From assembly GCF_016432865.1 (NCBI RefSeq), contig NC_067400.1, forward strand, positions 613,800,001-613,864,000: DNA of 64,000 nt, read 5' to 3'. Below the pieces are notes generated by a model, which was given only the letters and a program-made list of their open reading frames with translations, was not told the origin of the DNA and made no database searches. A program made the translations under genes and the position numbers. The DNA comes from Antechinus flavipes (Eukaryota). Below are positions 34,501 through 46,948 of this stretch, piece by piece. How positions within the stretch are numbered: position 1 is the first letter of the stretch; each line of letters starts with the position of its first letter.

Positions 34501-37500
34501 ACCACTGCCTTCCCTCTCATAAGCGCACACCCTCAGCATAAGGCAGGACTGAGGCAGCCCTGCTCCCCAAGACCCCCTGGAGCAGAGAGCCCGCCCAGGA
34601 GGATCCCAAGACTTTCCCGTCTGACCTCTCCCTAGGGAAGGGCCCCCTGAGCCTCCCTCCATCCGGAGCACAGGAAAGCCCCGGGGGGCCCGGGGCCCCA
34701 TCTCTGGACAAACACCCGGCGCAGAGGGAGGCCTCCAGGAGGCTGGGAAGCCAACACGAGCCTCCCTCAGCCCCCAACCTGCTCGCTGAGGGGTCCCAAG
34801 GCAGCTGAAGCACATGGGGGAGGGGACTCTAAGGGACAAGGCTAAGGCGAGCCGCCCACAGAGCCAGCGGCCTAACCCGAGAGCCCTGGTGCTCGGGCCT
34901 GCTCAATCCTTTAATTACTCATAGTCACCAAATGAGTGTTTACTTGTGTTACCGACTAAGGGCCTTTCTAGACTCCGGGGTTGGGATGAAGTCTGCGAAA
35001 ATCCCCAGCAAACCGCCATGTTTCTGTGGAGAGGTGAGGAAGGGCTGAACTAACCCAGCCCAGACTTTGCTGATCAGAAACAGCGCGGCCGCCCCCCCCT
35101 CCCCCCCATCACAGCCAGTCCCATCTTTCAGCTCGGCCGGTTATCTTGGTCTTGCTTTAGATTACAATTAGACAATAAAACCGATGAACAAAAATAAATG
35201 GACAAACAGATCTCACTCAGATGACAGGCTCTGGAGGACAGGAACCGGCTCTGGCCTCTTTTGGGATTCCCGGAACTTGGCTTAGGGCCTAGTGTCTCAG
35301 AGGGACTTGGGAGGAAGGGGAGGGGACCCCTTAGCACCCTGCCCAGGTGGGCTAGGCCAAGGACGGCCAGGCACAAATGAGAAAACTGAGGGGCCCCTTA
35401 ACTGGCCCGCCCGGGGCTCCGTCCGGTCCCACAACTCCAAAGTCTGTGCCAGAGTCACAGAAAACATCAACGATGTCCGCAGCTCGGGCCGGGCGCAGGA
35501 AGGAAGCTGGGTTCCGGGTTCAGATCCCGGCCCTGCCACCCTCAGTATCAGGTTAACGCAGCTCAGGCCTCGGTTTGCCCAGATGTGCGCCAGGGAGACC
35601 CGAGCTGGCTCCCTCCTTGTCCCTCCCCACCAGGAGCTCACAGGTGTGAGGGAGTCTCATCGAGAGTCACTTCAAGGAAGGCCCTGGGATCACAGGCTTG
35701 GGGGGGGGGGGGTTCAGAAGGCCTCAGGACCACATCCTCTTTTAATCGAGGGGGGAAGTGAAGGCAAGAATGGGAAGTGGCCTGCCCAAGGCCACACAGC
35801 CGGCCAGCCTCTCCGGGCAATGGCTGCTAAGGCATCCAGGCCAAGCTTCTCCTTTCTTCCATGAAGACCCTGAGACCTGGGACTCCAAGCAGCCTTGTGG
35901 TCCCTGCCCCCAACATCAGCAGCGGCTCAGACACAAGGCAGCTGTTCCGGCCCCCTGCATGGCACCGGTGCCAGGGAGAAGGAGCTGGGCCTGGGCAGGC
36001 CCTCCCAGACCTGGAGGGGCACAGGAGCGCTGGCTCAGCAGGCCCGGCGCCCCCCACTCCCCAGCCCACAAGCCTGGGCGCCCCCCCGCTGTAAGGCAGG
36101 CTCCCTCCACAAGGAGGTGAGAAACTGGCTTGTTGACAGCAGCGCCAGGGAGTTCTTGACCTTACCACATCCTGCCGTCGGCCCAGTCGCTTCACCACGA
36201 GGACCCCGGTGGCCACAGCCTTTGGGGGCCACGGTTAGGGGCAGGGTGCAGGGAGGGAGCCTCCCCAGGCTCCTGGGGACCAAAGAGAACATGGCTTCTG
36301 GGTACATCTGGGGGGATGGGGATGGCATGGTACAAGATGACTCACCATTAGGAAAAATGGGGCTGGGAGGAAATGAAGAGCAACCCCCCAACTTACCAAC
36401 CTGACCCCCCTAAAGGCACTCCAGTATTTACCCCAACTCTTCATCCTATCTCTTCCCCTTGCCACGCTGAGGCTTCCAGAGGCCTTCCCAGGCAGAAGGC
36501 AGCTTCTTACAGGCACTGGGCTATTACCCGCTGCCAAGGAATCCTTTCAACCTGGCTATGGCTGGAGGGGCATCTGGGCACATGGCAAGGGCCCTCCACC
36601 ATCTGCACCTCCAACAAATCTGTCCATGAAAAAGCTCGGACCAAAGGCCCAGGGGCCTGACTCCCCCTCCCCGTCTCAGGGGCTGCTTTTTTGGGTGCCC
36701 TCGGCTATAATCCTAGCGCCAGTCTTCCGCCACTCCTGGCTCCTGGCTGGGGTCCCCACTTTGAGCCTTTCCTGTGTGCTCAGCACCAGACTTCTTGTTC
36801 AAAAAGAGCTCTCCTCACATTCCCCAGAAGTCTTGCAAAGAATCTGGACACAAGGTCCTGCCAACCTAGCCTCAACTTCCCCTTCTTCTGGTCTCAATCT
36901 CCCACTAATTCGGGAGAGTAGAACCCCAAACTGTGTCCTTAAGCAGACCCTGAGTTTTGAGAGACAATGGAGTACGGTGGAAAGGACCAGGCTCGGGAGT
37001 CACAACCTGAATCAGAATCCTGCCCGACATGGACAACACATGCCCTGGGCAGATCATTTAACCTCCCTCAGGTCCTTCATCCAGGAGACAAAAGAGCGGA
37101 ATTAGAGGCCTCGGGGGTGCCTCCTTTCTCTGATCGCCCCTTTCGGGTACCTTTCCCATCTCTCCACTTTTGTTCACATCCTTCTGTTCTACATTGCTTT
37201 CTCACAAGTGCTACCTAGTCAAATCTGAAGAGTCCCTGGAGCAGGAGACAGATCAGAGGGCTTCTGTTCACTATCTGTTTTGTCTACCAAAGAAGGGAAT
37301 GGTCTGCAAGACCCCCAAGATCTCTCTGGTCCAGCTCACTACAGACACTGCATTCACCCCATTCGAGATTTCTTACTTAGAGCCGAGTCCTGGCCCTGCC
37401 CTCAAAGAGCAACAGGGACAGAACCAGAGCATTAACAACAGACACCGGTCCAGGTCTCCCAGGCTCAGCCTTGACACAGTTCTTTCTTCACAAGCCATAC

Positions 37501-40500
37501 CAAGAGCCCCATTTTACATATGTAGAAACTAAGATTCTAAGGAATGAAGGGAATTCTCCATCCTCATCCAGGTAAGCATTAAGACTCATCACTAACATGC
37601 ACTTAGCAAGCACCCACTGTGTGCTGAGTGCTGGGACTCTGTCACTAACGTGCACTTAGCAAGCACCCACTGTGTGCTGGGGACCCAAAGACAAAGAATG
37701 ACAGAATCCCTCCTTACAAGGAGGGAGGAGAGGGAGACACAGGCAGCCGAGGAGAATCAGCACAGCTCTCTGGGTCCAAGGTGGCCCCTTGGGGCCAGGC
37801 CGGGGAGACATCCGTCACAAAGGTCCGGAGATGGGAGAATGGCGGGTGGGCTGGATGAGTGGGAACCAAAAGGAGAAACAGTGACCACCTCGAGGCGGAG
37901 AAGGCGGGACTTAACCCTGGCTCCCTCCCATGATGGTGCCCTGCAAAGACACGGGTGCCTCCTAAAGCATTCACTGCAGGTCCCCCCTCCTCCTCTGGCC
38001 ATCTGCCATGAGAGCCCATCTCCCCGGCCCCTGAGCATGGCCGAGTACCCAGGGGTCTCCAGCACGGCCCCGGACGTGGGGGGTCGGCCCCCGAGGGCTA
38101 TGGTCCTGCCTTCCTGGCACACACTGAGCCCCGGGGCAGGGCCTCCAGGCTAACCTTGCAGAGGGCCAGGCACTTAATGAAGCTGTTGAGCTGAACCCAA
38201 ACTAGCAAAGCCAAGCGTTCTGGGCCCTGCGGACACCCCCGACCCCAAGGCTCTAGATGACCAGTCGTTCCCTACTTCCTGAACGGCCTTTATGCTGCTT
38301 TCCAGACAACGTTCCCCATCTCCCGCTTTGTGTCTTGGCTTTCCTTCCCTGCCTCTGCTTGTCACAACCGCCCCTGCTTCTATCAGCTGCGTCCGGGTGC
38401 CCCCAGGGGGCCTTTCCTGCCCCCCCAGCCCTACTCTCCATGTCTGGCACATATATACAAGTACCCTTTGCCTGTACGGGGGGTGGGCTCTCACCATTGT
38501 GTGTGTCTGTCCTAACAATTGTTATGGAGCTTCATGTTTGCCAACCGATTCCTAAAAGCTAAACTCGCCCTCTCCCTGGGCTGGCTCCTCTCCTTACCCT
38601 CAGGCCCCGCTGCCACGTGCAGCGCTGGGTAAATAAAAGCTCAGGAAGAGCACGTGTAGGTCATGTCGCACCCTGAACCCGGTGCCGGTGACCTCTGGGT
38701 CACGACGGCCGCCCTGAGGCTGGCACAGAGGGCCGGACTTGAGAGCCTGGCGGCTGTGAGGCTCCAATGAGCACGAAGCCTTACCTGGCACGCAGGATGC
38801 ACTGCCTAAATGTCAGCTGTTCCTCTTCCAATGACTATGAACGGGACCATCAAAGCAGCTAAAAGGCGTCAGGGCCTTTGTCACTTCCTGACTACTTTGT
38901 AAGCGTGACCATGGCCAAGAAGGTGCCACAAGGAAGGGCTCTGCAGAGCTGCAGGTGACTGGAACCCAGATTTGTGACCTGAGCGCCCTTCTGCCCTGCC
39001 AGCTCCTCCCTGAAGACATTTAAGGCAAGCCAAAGCTTGGAGGGCGACTATATGAAGGCATTCTGGCCAGCCCAGGGCAGTGTGGGAGAGGCAGGGGATG
39101 CTGGAAAGCAGAAAGTCTGGAGGGTGGAGCAAAGGGTGCTGCCCCCAGAAATTCCCCCCCCACTCCCCTCCTGCCAAGCTACCTCTCCAGAGCTACCAGT
39201 GGGTCTAAGGTGCCAGTTAACCTGCAGATAACCAGAGAATGGCTCTGGCCACCCAAGATGCTGCAGGACCCCAGCACGGAGCCAGATCTGGGAGGGAGGG
39301 GGACACTGACAAGCTGCAAGAACAAGAAGACAGACCCGGGTGACATCTTCCACTCTGGCCTCTGACCCAGAAAACCAGCCTCTGTATCCCCCTCGCCCCC
39401 ATCACCAAGCACACATCCATGTCCCTGCTTGATGGCCAGAGCTTTCAGACCTCGAGCCGTGACTTGGGGGGGCAGAAGGTCCAGAAGTGTTTGGGGCATT
39501 CACTCTCAGGACAAGAAGGGCAGAAATGAAATTTCCCCATTTACCAAAGGATTCCCCCCCTCTCCTTTTTTGGGGAGCAAACATTGGAAAGAAAGTGGGT
39601 CCCTGGACACCTTGTGATGGCCGAATGTGCAGGAAGAGATGACAGACAGGAGGAAGCAGAGAGATGTGGGAAGTTCTGTGTGCTGCTGTCTGCAGCCAGC
39701 CCTGAAACAACACAAAGGGCCTGACGGCAGGAGGGAGCGACCAGTGGAAGCACAGCCCAGGGAGCCGAAGGGGGCCCGTGCACGGGACGGGGCATTTAGC
39801 TTCTCTGCTGTTACGGGCCGGAGCGGGGGTCGGGGCCCAAGAAAACACAACTGGCCAACAGAATTCACTCGAGATATGTTCTAAGAACGGGGCAAGAGGC
39901 TGCCGGGTTCACGGAAGGGCCCCTTGCAAGAAGCCTGCCTCCTGGTGACCCCCACAGCAAGTTGCACGGGCTGCTCATTCCTCCGTGTCTGGGGAGAGGG
40001 AGGGAAGAATAGCAGCAGCAGAAGCCGGGGCGAGGATCCCTGCTGGGAGACGGCCTCCAAGGAGGTCTCAGGGCCCATTGGCTGGCTGGGGACCACACAC
40101 AGACAGACACAGACAGACAGACACACAACAGGCAATTGCAGGGAGGGCCAGATCAGCAAACACACCTACTGTGTACCTGGCCCTGTGAAACAAAGGCAGA
40201 CCCCTGGGAGATTAGTCTTCTGAGCAGAGCCAATAACAGGCACAAGGCAGGAAACAAACACCCTGGATGTCTCCCCTCCCCTCAAAATGCCATCAGTGGG
40301 GGAGCTTTCAAGGGCGGGCAGATGGAGGCCTTGAAGGGCGGGGGAGGGGGAAGCAGAACCTACAACCTGCAGCCAGCCTGTGACCTCTCTAATAATGGCC
40401 GCTGCTTGTCTAATTCGCCACCCCAGGGAGCTGGGCTCAGGCTCTGCCTCGGTGGGCCTGCCCTGCTCTGCTGATGACCATGGAGGCCATCCCCAGCAAG

Positions 40501-41699
40501 TTCCCTTCCTCCTCTTCCCCCAAGGCTCGGCCTGTGCCCAGGTCTGCTTCCCCCAACTGGGGCCTCCTCCTCCCCAGTCTTTCATCTGGAGGAGGCTGCC
40601 ACAGCCAACCCCACCCCCGCTCCGGCCTCTCTGGCGCAGGCCGAAGCCGCTCAGGGTCCTTCCCAGGGAGAGAGCCCCGAGCAGCTCTGAATCCAATGGG
40701 AGGCTGAGCTGCAGCCTCAAGGACTCGGCTCCAAACCTTTCGCTTCCCCAGGCCGCCAGGGGCTCCTGCTCCCGCCTCTCTTCCCTCAGACTATTCTAAG
40801 GATGCTGCCTCCCCCCCAGCGACCCTCAGCTTCGTGGGGACGGGGATCCCTAGCCCCCAGCAGGGACTTGGCACAAAGCAGGCCTTGAACAGATCGCACG
40901 CTGAAGACCCCAAAGATAACAGACGGCCCCGAGGGGCTCCCCATTCCCATGGGAAGACGCTAATAACCCTGCACAGGGACAGGGCTGAGGCCCGAACCAG
41001 GCCTTTCAACTCCAAGTGATGGTCCAAGGTCACAGGGCTAACACAAGGGCCGGCGCCCTGCGGGGCATTTCCCTCTTGGGCTCACATCTCATTTTCTCAA
41101 CACCCCCAAAAAGGGCGCAGGGTTAGGCCCCGCCAATGACAGCTCCTGTCTCTGGGAATCTCCTCTCTAACTCTCTTCCTGAAGGAGGGCTCGGGGGAAG
41201 GTTGGAGAGTCCTTTCTGTCCTGAGGGGCTCTGGGACAAGGACTAAGCCAACCGAGTACAGGAAGGCCACGAGCCTGGCTGACAGGCCGCCCCCCTGGGT
41301 GAACGCGGGCCTGGCCAGACTGCCCTGCCGGTAAAGATAACAAACCGCTATCTGGGTGGGAGACACAGAGGCAGGGGACAGATACCCAGGAGCTGCGGGT
41401 CCAAAACAACAAAGGGAGCGCCAGGAGAGATGGAGACCAAAGGGGAAGGGCAAAGAAGCGGCCAAGGGGCCTGCAGAGCCAGGGGCAAAAGGGGTCAGCT
41501 CAGACAAGGCAAAGTCAGCCTTGGTCCCAGAGAGCTTCCTAACAATTAAGGGTCACCTTCTGGGTGGTCTGCAAGCAGAGGCTGGACAATGAGGCAGGTG
41601 GGTTGGAGGCTGGCTCACTGAGGCCCTTCCAACATGGCAGGCTTTGAACGAGGGAGGGAGGGAGAAATGAAAAGGAGTGAAACAGGGAGAGCTAGACAG

Positions 41700-41803
41700 G
41701 GCCTGGGCAGAGGCAGGGATGGAGCCTGAAGGGTCCCTGGCCTGGGCAGAGGCAGGGATGGAGCCTGAAGGGTCCCTGGCCTGGGCAGAGGCAGGGATGG
41801 AGC
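41700..41803. repeat. 39-bp tandem repeat (~2.7 copies)
   Basis: ggcctgggcagaggcagggatggagcctgaagggtccct. Confidence 0.85.
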
Positions 41804-42853
41804 AGCCTGGGCAGAGACCCAGAGCTCCTTCACAGAAGAAACAAGCTGGGGCACCATCAGGGGGTGAGCAGGACCTAGATCAGAAGTTCCAGAGGGATTC
41901 AGCATCCTGGGTGGCCTTCCCAATCAGCCAGAAGATGATCCGCCACCCTCCCCCTGACCTCAGCCAGTAGATCCTTATTCGATTCCTTCTCACCTCAACT
42001 TCACTCAGGCTGTTCACATATTCTGTCCCACTGCTCAGCTTCAAATGGCTCTTGGGTTCTTGCAAAAAGACTCACAGAATAGAAGAACCAGAAGTAGCAG
42101 AAGGACCATCAGCCCCAGCACAAACCCCCAAACCTTCCCCAAGAGCTCCCATGAGGGGCTCCGTGGAACTCACCCCCACCCTGGGGAAAGCACTGCACAG
42201 TAAAGAGCTCTCAGCAGTCTCCAAGGGCCTCTGAGGCCCAGGAGGATAAAGCAATCCCTCTTCCACAAGAGACCACTCCAATATTTGCAAGCACAAGAGA
42301 GCGAGCGCCGAACTTTCTCCTGCCCACGAAGGCGGAGCACCGGAAGCGCGAGGAGAATGGCATCTCCTCCACTCCCCTGAACGACTCCGGCCAGTGCCCA
42401 GATGGCCCCGAGCTGAAGAATGACGAGCACGGTACCAAGCGAGACCTTGCCCACCTGCATACCTCAGCCCAGGGGCACCGTGGGCAAGCCAAGGCCTTTC
42501 TCTGGCACCCTGGGTTTGTTGACCCGTCAGTCCTGGATGATGAGCTCTGTAGTAGCAGCTTCTTTAACGATGTTGTGAGGATCAAAGGAGACAATTGGCA
42601 GGGACCACTTTGAAAACTCACGTTCTATATAAACGTTGGCTGTTCCTTTCTCTCGCTCCCATGAAACTTGCTCTATGCACTTAGCAAACTCTATAGGGTA
42701 CTGATTCAAGGTCTTACTTCTTTTATTTGACTACTTCTGAGAGGACCCCCACAGAACCCTAAGGCAAGTAGATATTCAAGAAACATGCTGAATGAGGGGG
42801 GTAAACGTCTCCCCAAGTGGACTAGAAACTCCCGGTGGATAAGGATCATTCTC

Positions 42854-42855
<2 letters not shown>

Positions 42856-42887
<32 letters not shown>
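42856..42887. repeat. (CA)n microsatellite
   Basis: Read directly. Confidence 0.9.
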
Positions 42888-42889
<2 letters not shown>

Positions 42890-44429
42890 GCTGAGCAGCT
42901 GGTGATGGAGAAGTGTTTGGAAGTCAAAAAAGAAAAAGCCGTCAGAAGGGCTTCGGAGCCCAGCCTGGGGCCCGTGAGAAAGGAGGAATCCTCTCAGGAG
43001 ACAGAGAAATGAAGTCGGATGGCTCCCAAGAGTGACCTGCCTTAGACCCCCAACAGTACTCATGGCCCACCGGGACAAATCCAAAGCAGCTCTTGCTGGA
43101 CAACCAGGGAAGATGGACAACCCAAGGGCTGGTCACCGCCCCCTGGCCCTGAGAGAGCCTCTTGCTGGGCCTCTGCGCCACAGACCTGAGCAGCTGCACA
43201 CAAACAGGGCAACATTATCCAGAAAGAGGCAGCAGCCCTGATTGATGGCCAAGAATCAGCTCCAATTATCAGCCACATAGCCCTGCCTGTGGGTCAGCCA
43301 GAGGCCTGGGGTAACGGCCGTGCCTTGGGGTTCACGAGGGAGTCAGTGACAAAGCCTCTAAATAAAAGCTAATACTTAAGGGTTCGGGGGGGGGGGGGGG
43401 TTAGGGATGAAAAAGTTCCCAGAGGTCACCTCATTCCACCTGCTCATTTTACAGATGAGGAAACTGAGGTCTAACGGCTCAAACACTAGGTAGGGATTCA
43501 GAAAGACCTGAATTAGGGTGGGGGTGGGGGCTGCCAGGCCCGGGGCTGGCAAGGAGGCGGGGAGGAGGGTCAGCCTCAGGGTCTGCGTCTATATCCCACG
43601 GGATGGTTCACCGAAGGCCCCTTCACAAATCTTAACCACATCGCACGAGCAACTGTCATCATTGTTGTCAAGATGATATGTGCAGTCAGTTGCTATGGCT
43701 ATTTTTTGTCCAAGGTCACCAAGGTCGTTGGTAACAGAGGATCAAGATTTGAACTCAAGTCTTCTGGATTCTTTCCAGGAGACCCCTGAGCGGAAGCAGC
43801 TGTTGGCCCCGCTCTCCCCCTTCCCTCCCCCGGGGGCGGGACGCCCCGAGCGGTGCAGGATGCATGCAGGGGACCTTCCTCCAGGCTGGGCACGAGGGGG
43901 GTCCCTGTCCCCTGGCTCGGGCGCTGCCAAGGCTTGGGGGAGGGGAGGGTTGAGGAGGAGTCCACAGCAAAGGAAACCCAGCTTCTCTCAGCCGGCAGGC
44001 AGTGGCTCCGGCGAAGGTGGGGGCACCCCGGGCAGCGCCCGCACACCCTGGGCAGCCCCCCAACCCCCACTCCGGGCCGTCCCCACGAGGGGCTGCCAGT
44101 GGAAGAACACAAACCCGAAACGCACACACTTCGGCGGGGGCGGCTGGGAGAAGGCCGCCCCCAGAGCCTGGGGGGGAGGAATGGCCGCAGCAAACCAGCT
44201 CGGGGGCGCGAGCCCCCCACTCCAGAGCCCTGAGGGGAGGGAGGACCTGCGGCCGTCAAGGGGGGGGGCGAGCCAAGGTCAGGGGCGGCCAGCCCCCGCC
44301 CCAACCCCGGTTATTGACCCCGGCCTGGCTCGCGCCCCTTCAGCCCTCGGGAGCTCCCCTGCCCCCACCCACAGTTCCGGAGGGGAGGGGCCCTGGCGCC
44401 ACCGCCCCCTCTCCCGACCCCCCCCTCAC

Positions 44430-44760
44430 CTGTCACCGGCTGCCGCTGTGGGTCCCCGGCGGGCGCCGGCTCCCGCCCATCGCCGTCCGACGGCGGCCTC
44501 CTACGGCGGCTCCGCGGTGCCCCGGCGACCGGGGATCGTCCTGGCGTCAGGCCCCAACTACTCGCGCAGCAGCTACGGAGCGCGCGCCCCCCTACCGCAG
44601 TAGTCCTCCCCTCCCTCCCTCCCGGCCCTCCCTCCCCGGCCCGCGGCTCGCCTCCCCCGCCCGCCGCCCGCCCCCTGGCCGGAAGAACCGCCCCCTGCTG
44701 CCACAAACAGGAACTGACGTGGAGATGACGAACGAAGCATTCGGAGCGGGGTGAGGAAGG
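44430..44760 (-). other. AKT2: AKT2 non-coding first exon in a CpG island
   Basis: CpG-dense block with a strong donor GACAG|GTGAGG at 44430/44429. It can splice to the acceptor at 31567 upstream of the ATG. The upper boundary is approximate. Confidence 0.7.
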
Positions 44761-45100
44761 AGGAGGCGGGGCAGTTCCAAAAGCTGGAAGCGCGCAGACT
44801 CCCGGCTGAAGGATTCTGGGAGGTCCTCAGGGTGTCTGCGCCGGCGCAATACCAGAAAGCGGGGGCGACAAGAAACGAAACCGGTGGGAGTTTACGACTA
44901 ACCAGTGGGCTCTGGAAGGAACTGCGCAAGCGCGCTGGCCGGAAAAAGGAGGGGGAGGTGTCACGATGCGCAGGCGCAGTTCGCTTCTGGCGCCCCGGGG
45001 CTTCTGGACCTCCGCCCAGCCCGAGAGCCACGACTCCTACGCGCGAGGGTAGCCCTGGCGCACGCGGCCCCGCCGCCGGGTCTCTCACGGTGAGCCGCAG
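44700..45100 (-). promoter_or_regulatory. AKT2 CpG-island promoter
   Basis: High CpG density, GC boxes, CCGGAA ETS cores, TGACGT half-CRE and NRF1-like TGCGCAGGCGCA at 44967-44978. Confidence 0.7.
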
Positions 45101-45715
45101 ACAGCCGTCGGGGTCGCTGACACCCTGAGCCCTTTGGATGACAAGGACGGTCACGGGGTTTCCTTTCGCCCTCGCTGCGCGGGGCTCACTCCTGCGGCCT
45201 CTCGGGCACAGCTCTCACAGCACGATGCCGACCGGCCGGCGTCCACCCCTGCACCCCAGGTCATCCCGTCCCAGGGTGGGTGGGCACTGGCTCCAGTGCG
45301 TCCTGGGCAGTGTCATCTCTGCCAGTTATTTTTTGCGTGGTCTGGACCTCGGTTTCCCCATTTGTAAGTGGAGGGGATTGGCCTCTCCTAAGGAGGGTGG
45401 GCACCTCCCCCGCCCACCCAAAAGGTCCCCTCTATCCCTCATCCTCCGCTGGTCCACTAGACCAGCAGGCCGAAGAGAGAGACGGAAGGCCAGGCCACCA
45501 TTCGCGTCTCAGAATGCACCCTGCCTACTCCGGAATGGTTCAGGAGAGAGGAGACTGAAGGGCCTGGACCTCCCCGAACCAGGCTCCACCCCAAACCCCA
45601 GCTGCCCAGAAAGGACCCCATCCAAAGAGTAACCAATGAGGGTAGAGGGCAAAGAAAGCAGAAAGGGACATTGGTGCTTGGTTTCAAGGGCTTCTAAGTC
45701 AGAGGCGACCCCAGC

Positions 45716-45721
45716 TTTATT
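45716..45721 (-). terminator. Probable C19orf47 polyadenylation signal AATAAA
   Basis: TTTATT on +, about 1.2 kb after the stop codon. Confidence 0.55.
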
Positions 45722-46948
45722 ATCCCGGGGTCACATCGAGAGCTCCCCCTCCATCCCTCAAACAAGTGTAGCAAGAATCCAGCAGACAGGGGATGGTGAC
45801 ATGCTCCCCTTCCCCCCCTCCTCATCCCAGGCATTTCACTTTCGGTCTAAAAATGGAGGGAAGAACACCTCTCCTTGCCCACGTGAGCAAAGACATAGGA
45901 AACCGCGTCTCCTTTCCCCTGTGTGGCCTCTTATGGCATCTCTCGGCAGGCAGATAGGCCCGGGTGAAGCTCCTCTGGCCAGCGGGCACCAAGGTGGAGA
46001 GCCCTCCCGGGCAGCACCGTGGCCTCCTAAGAGTTCCTAACAGCTCGGCGCCACGGCCGGCGGGGAGGGCGCGGGGAGGGCGAGGATAGACGCGCTTCGG
46101 GCAGAGGACAGCGGGCAGTCTGGCCTTCCCACCAGGGCAGAAAACAGAAGAGAAAGGAAAAGTGTGAAGGAGAAAAGCTACTAAAGACAATAACCTAGAG
46201 CAAGCAGCAGAGGGGAAGGAAGGGACTGAGCTTTGAATGACAGGCCCTCCCCCTGGGCCCTTCTGACTGGCTTGGGGGGAGTGGGGGGGGGGGGGGCAGG
46301 GAAACTGGGCAAGGGTGGGAGAGCCTGAGTTGAGGATCCTGTCAGGGACCCTAGAGCTGGTCTCAGACCAGGGTCCCTTTGGGTGCTGTGTTGGAAGCAA
46401 GGGGAAACAGCTGGGGGCCAGGTAAAAACCAGTGGGGAGGAATGTCCCCTTCCCTAGAAGGGAGAAACCTTGAGGGCAGCAGCAAAGGGAAAGAATGTCT
46501 GGAGGGGTGATCAGAGAAGGGGGCAGCCAAGCATCCTGCAGAGAAAGCCCTCTACTTCTCAGGACCTTTCTCCACTGGTCCCCCCCCCCCCCCATGGGCT
46601 CTCAATTCTACTCCTTGCCTCCCACCACCCCACACACATGCCCCGTGGCAGAAGCAGCTCTGGGTGCTGCTAGATTCCTGGATGGACCCACGACCTTTCT
46701 TTGATGTTGCCCACCTTCACCACACTTCACTGGCCAGATTTCAAGTTCTCATGAGAGGACTTGGTACAATTTGGACAAGGGGAGCTAAAAGGAGTGTCTA
46801 AGGCAGACACACACAACCGGGAGCCCCGCAGGAAGGGCAGCGTGGGCCGAGGCAGGGGCCGGGCCAGGTGGACCAGGCCGGGGTGTGAGTTAAGGCAGAC
46901 ACAGTACAGAGAGGCTCCAGCATGGCTCTCCGAGCCCTACCAGCAAGG

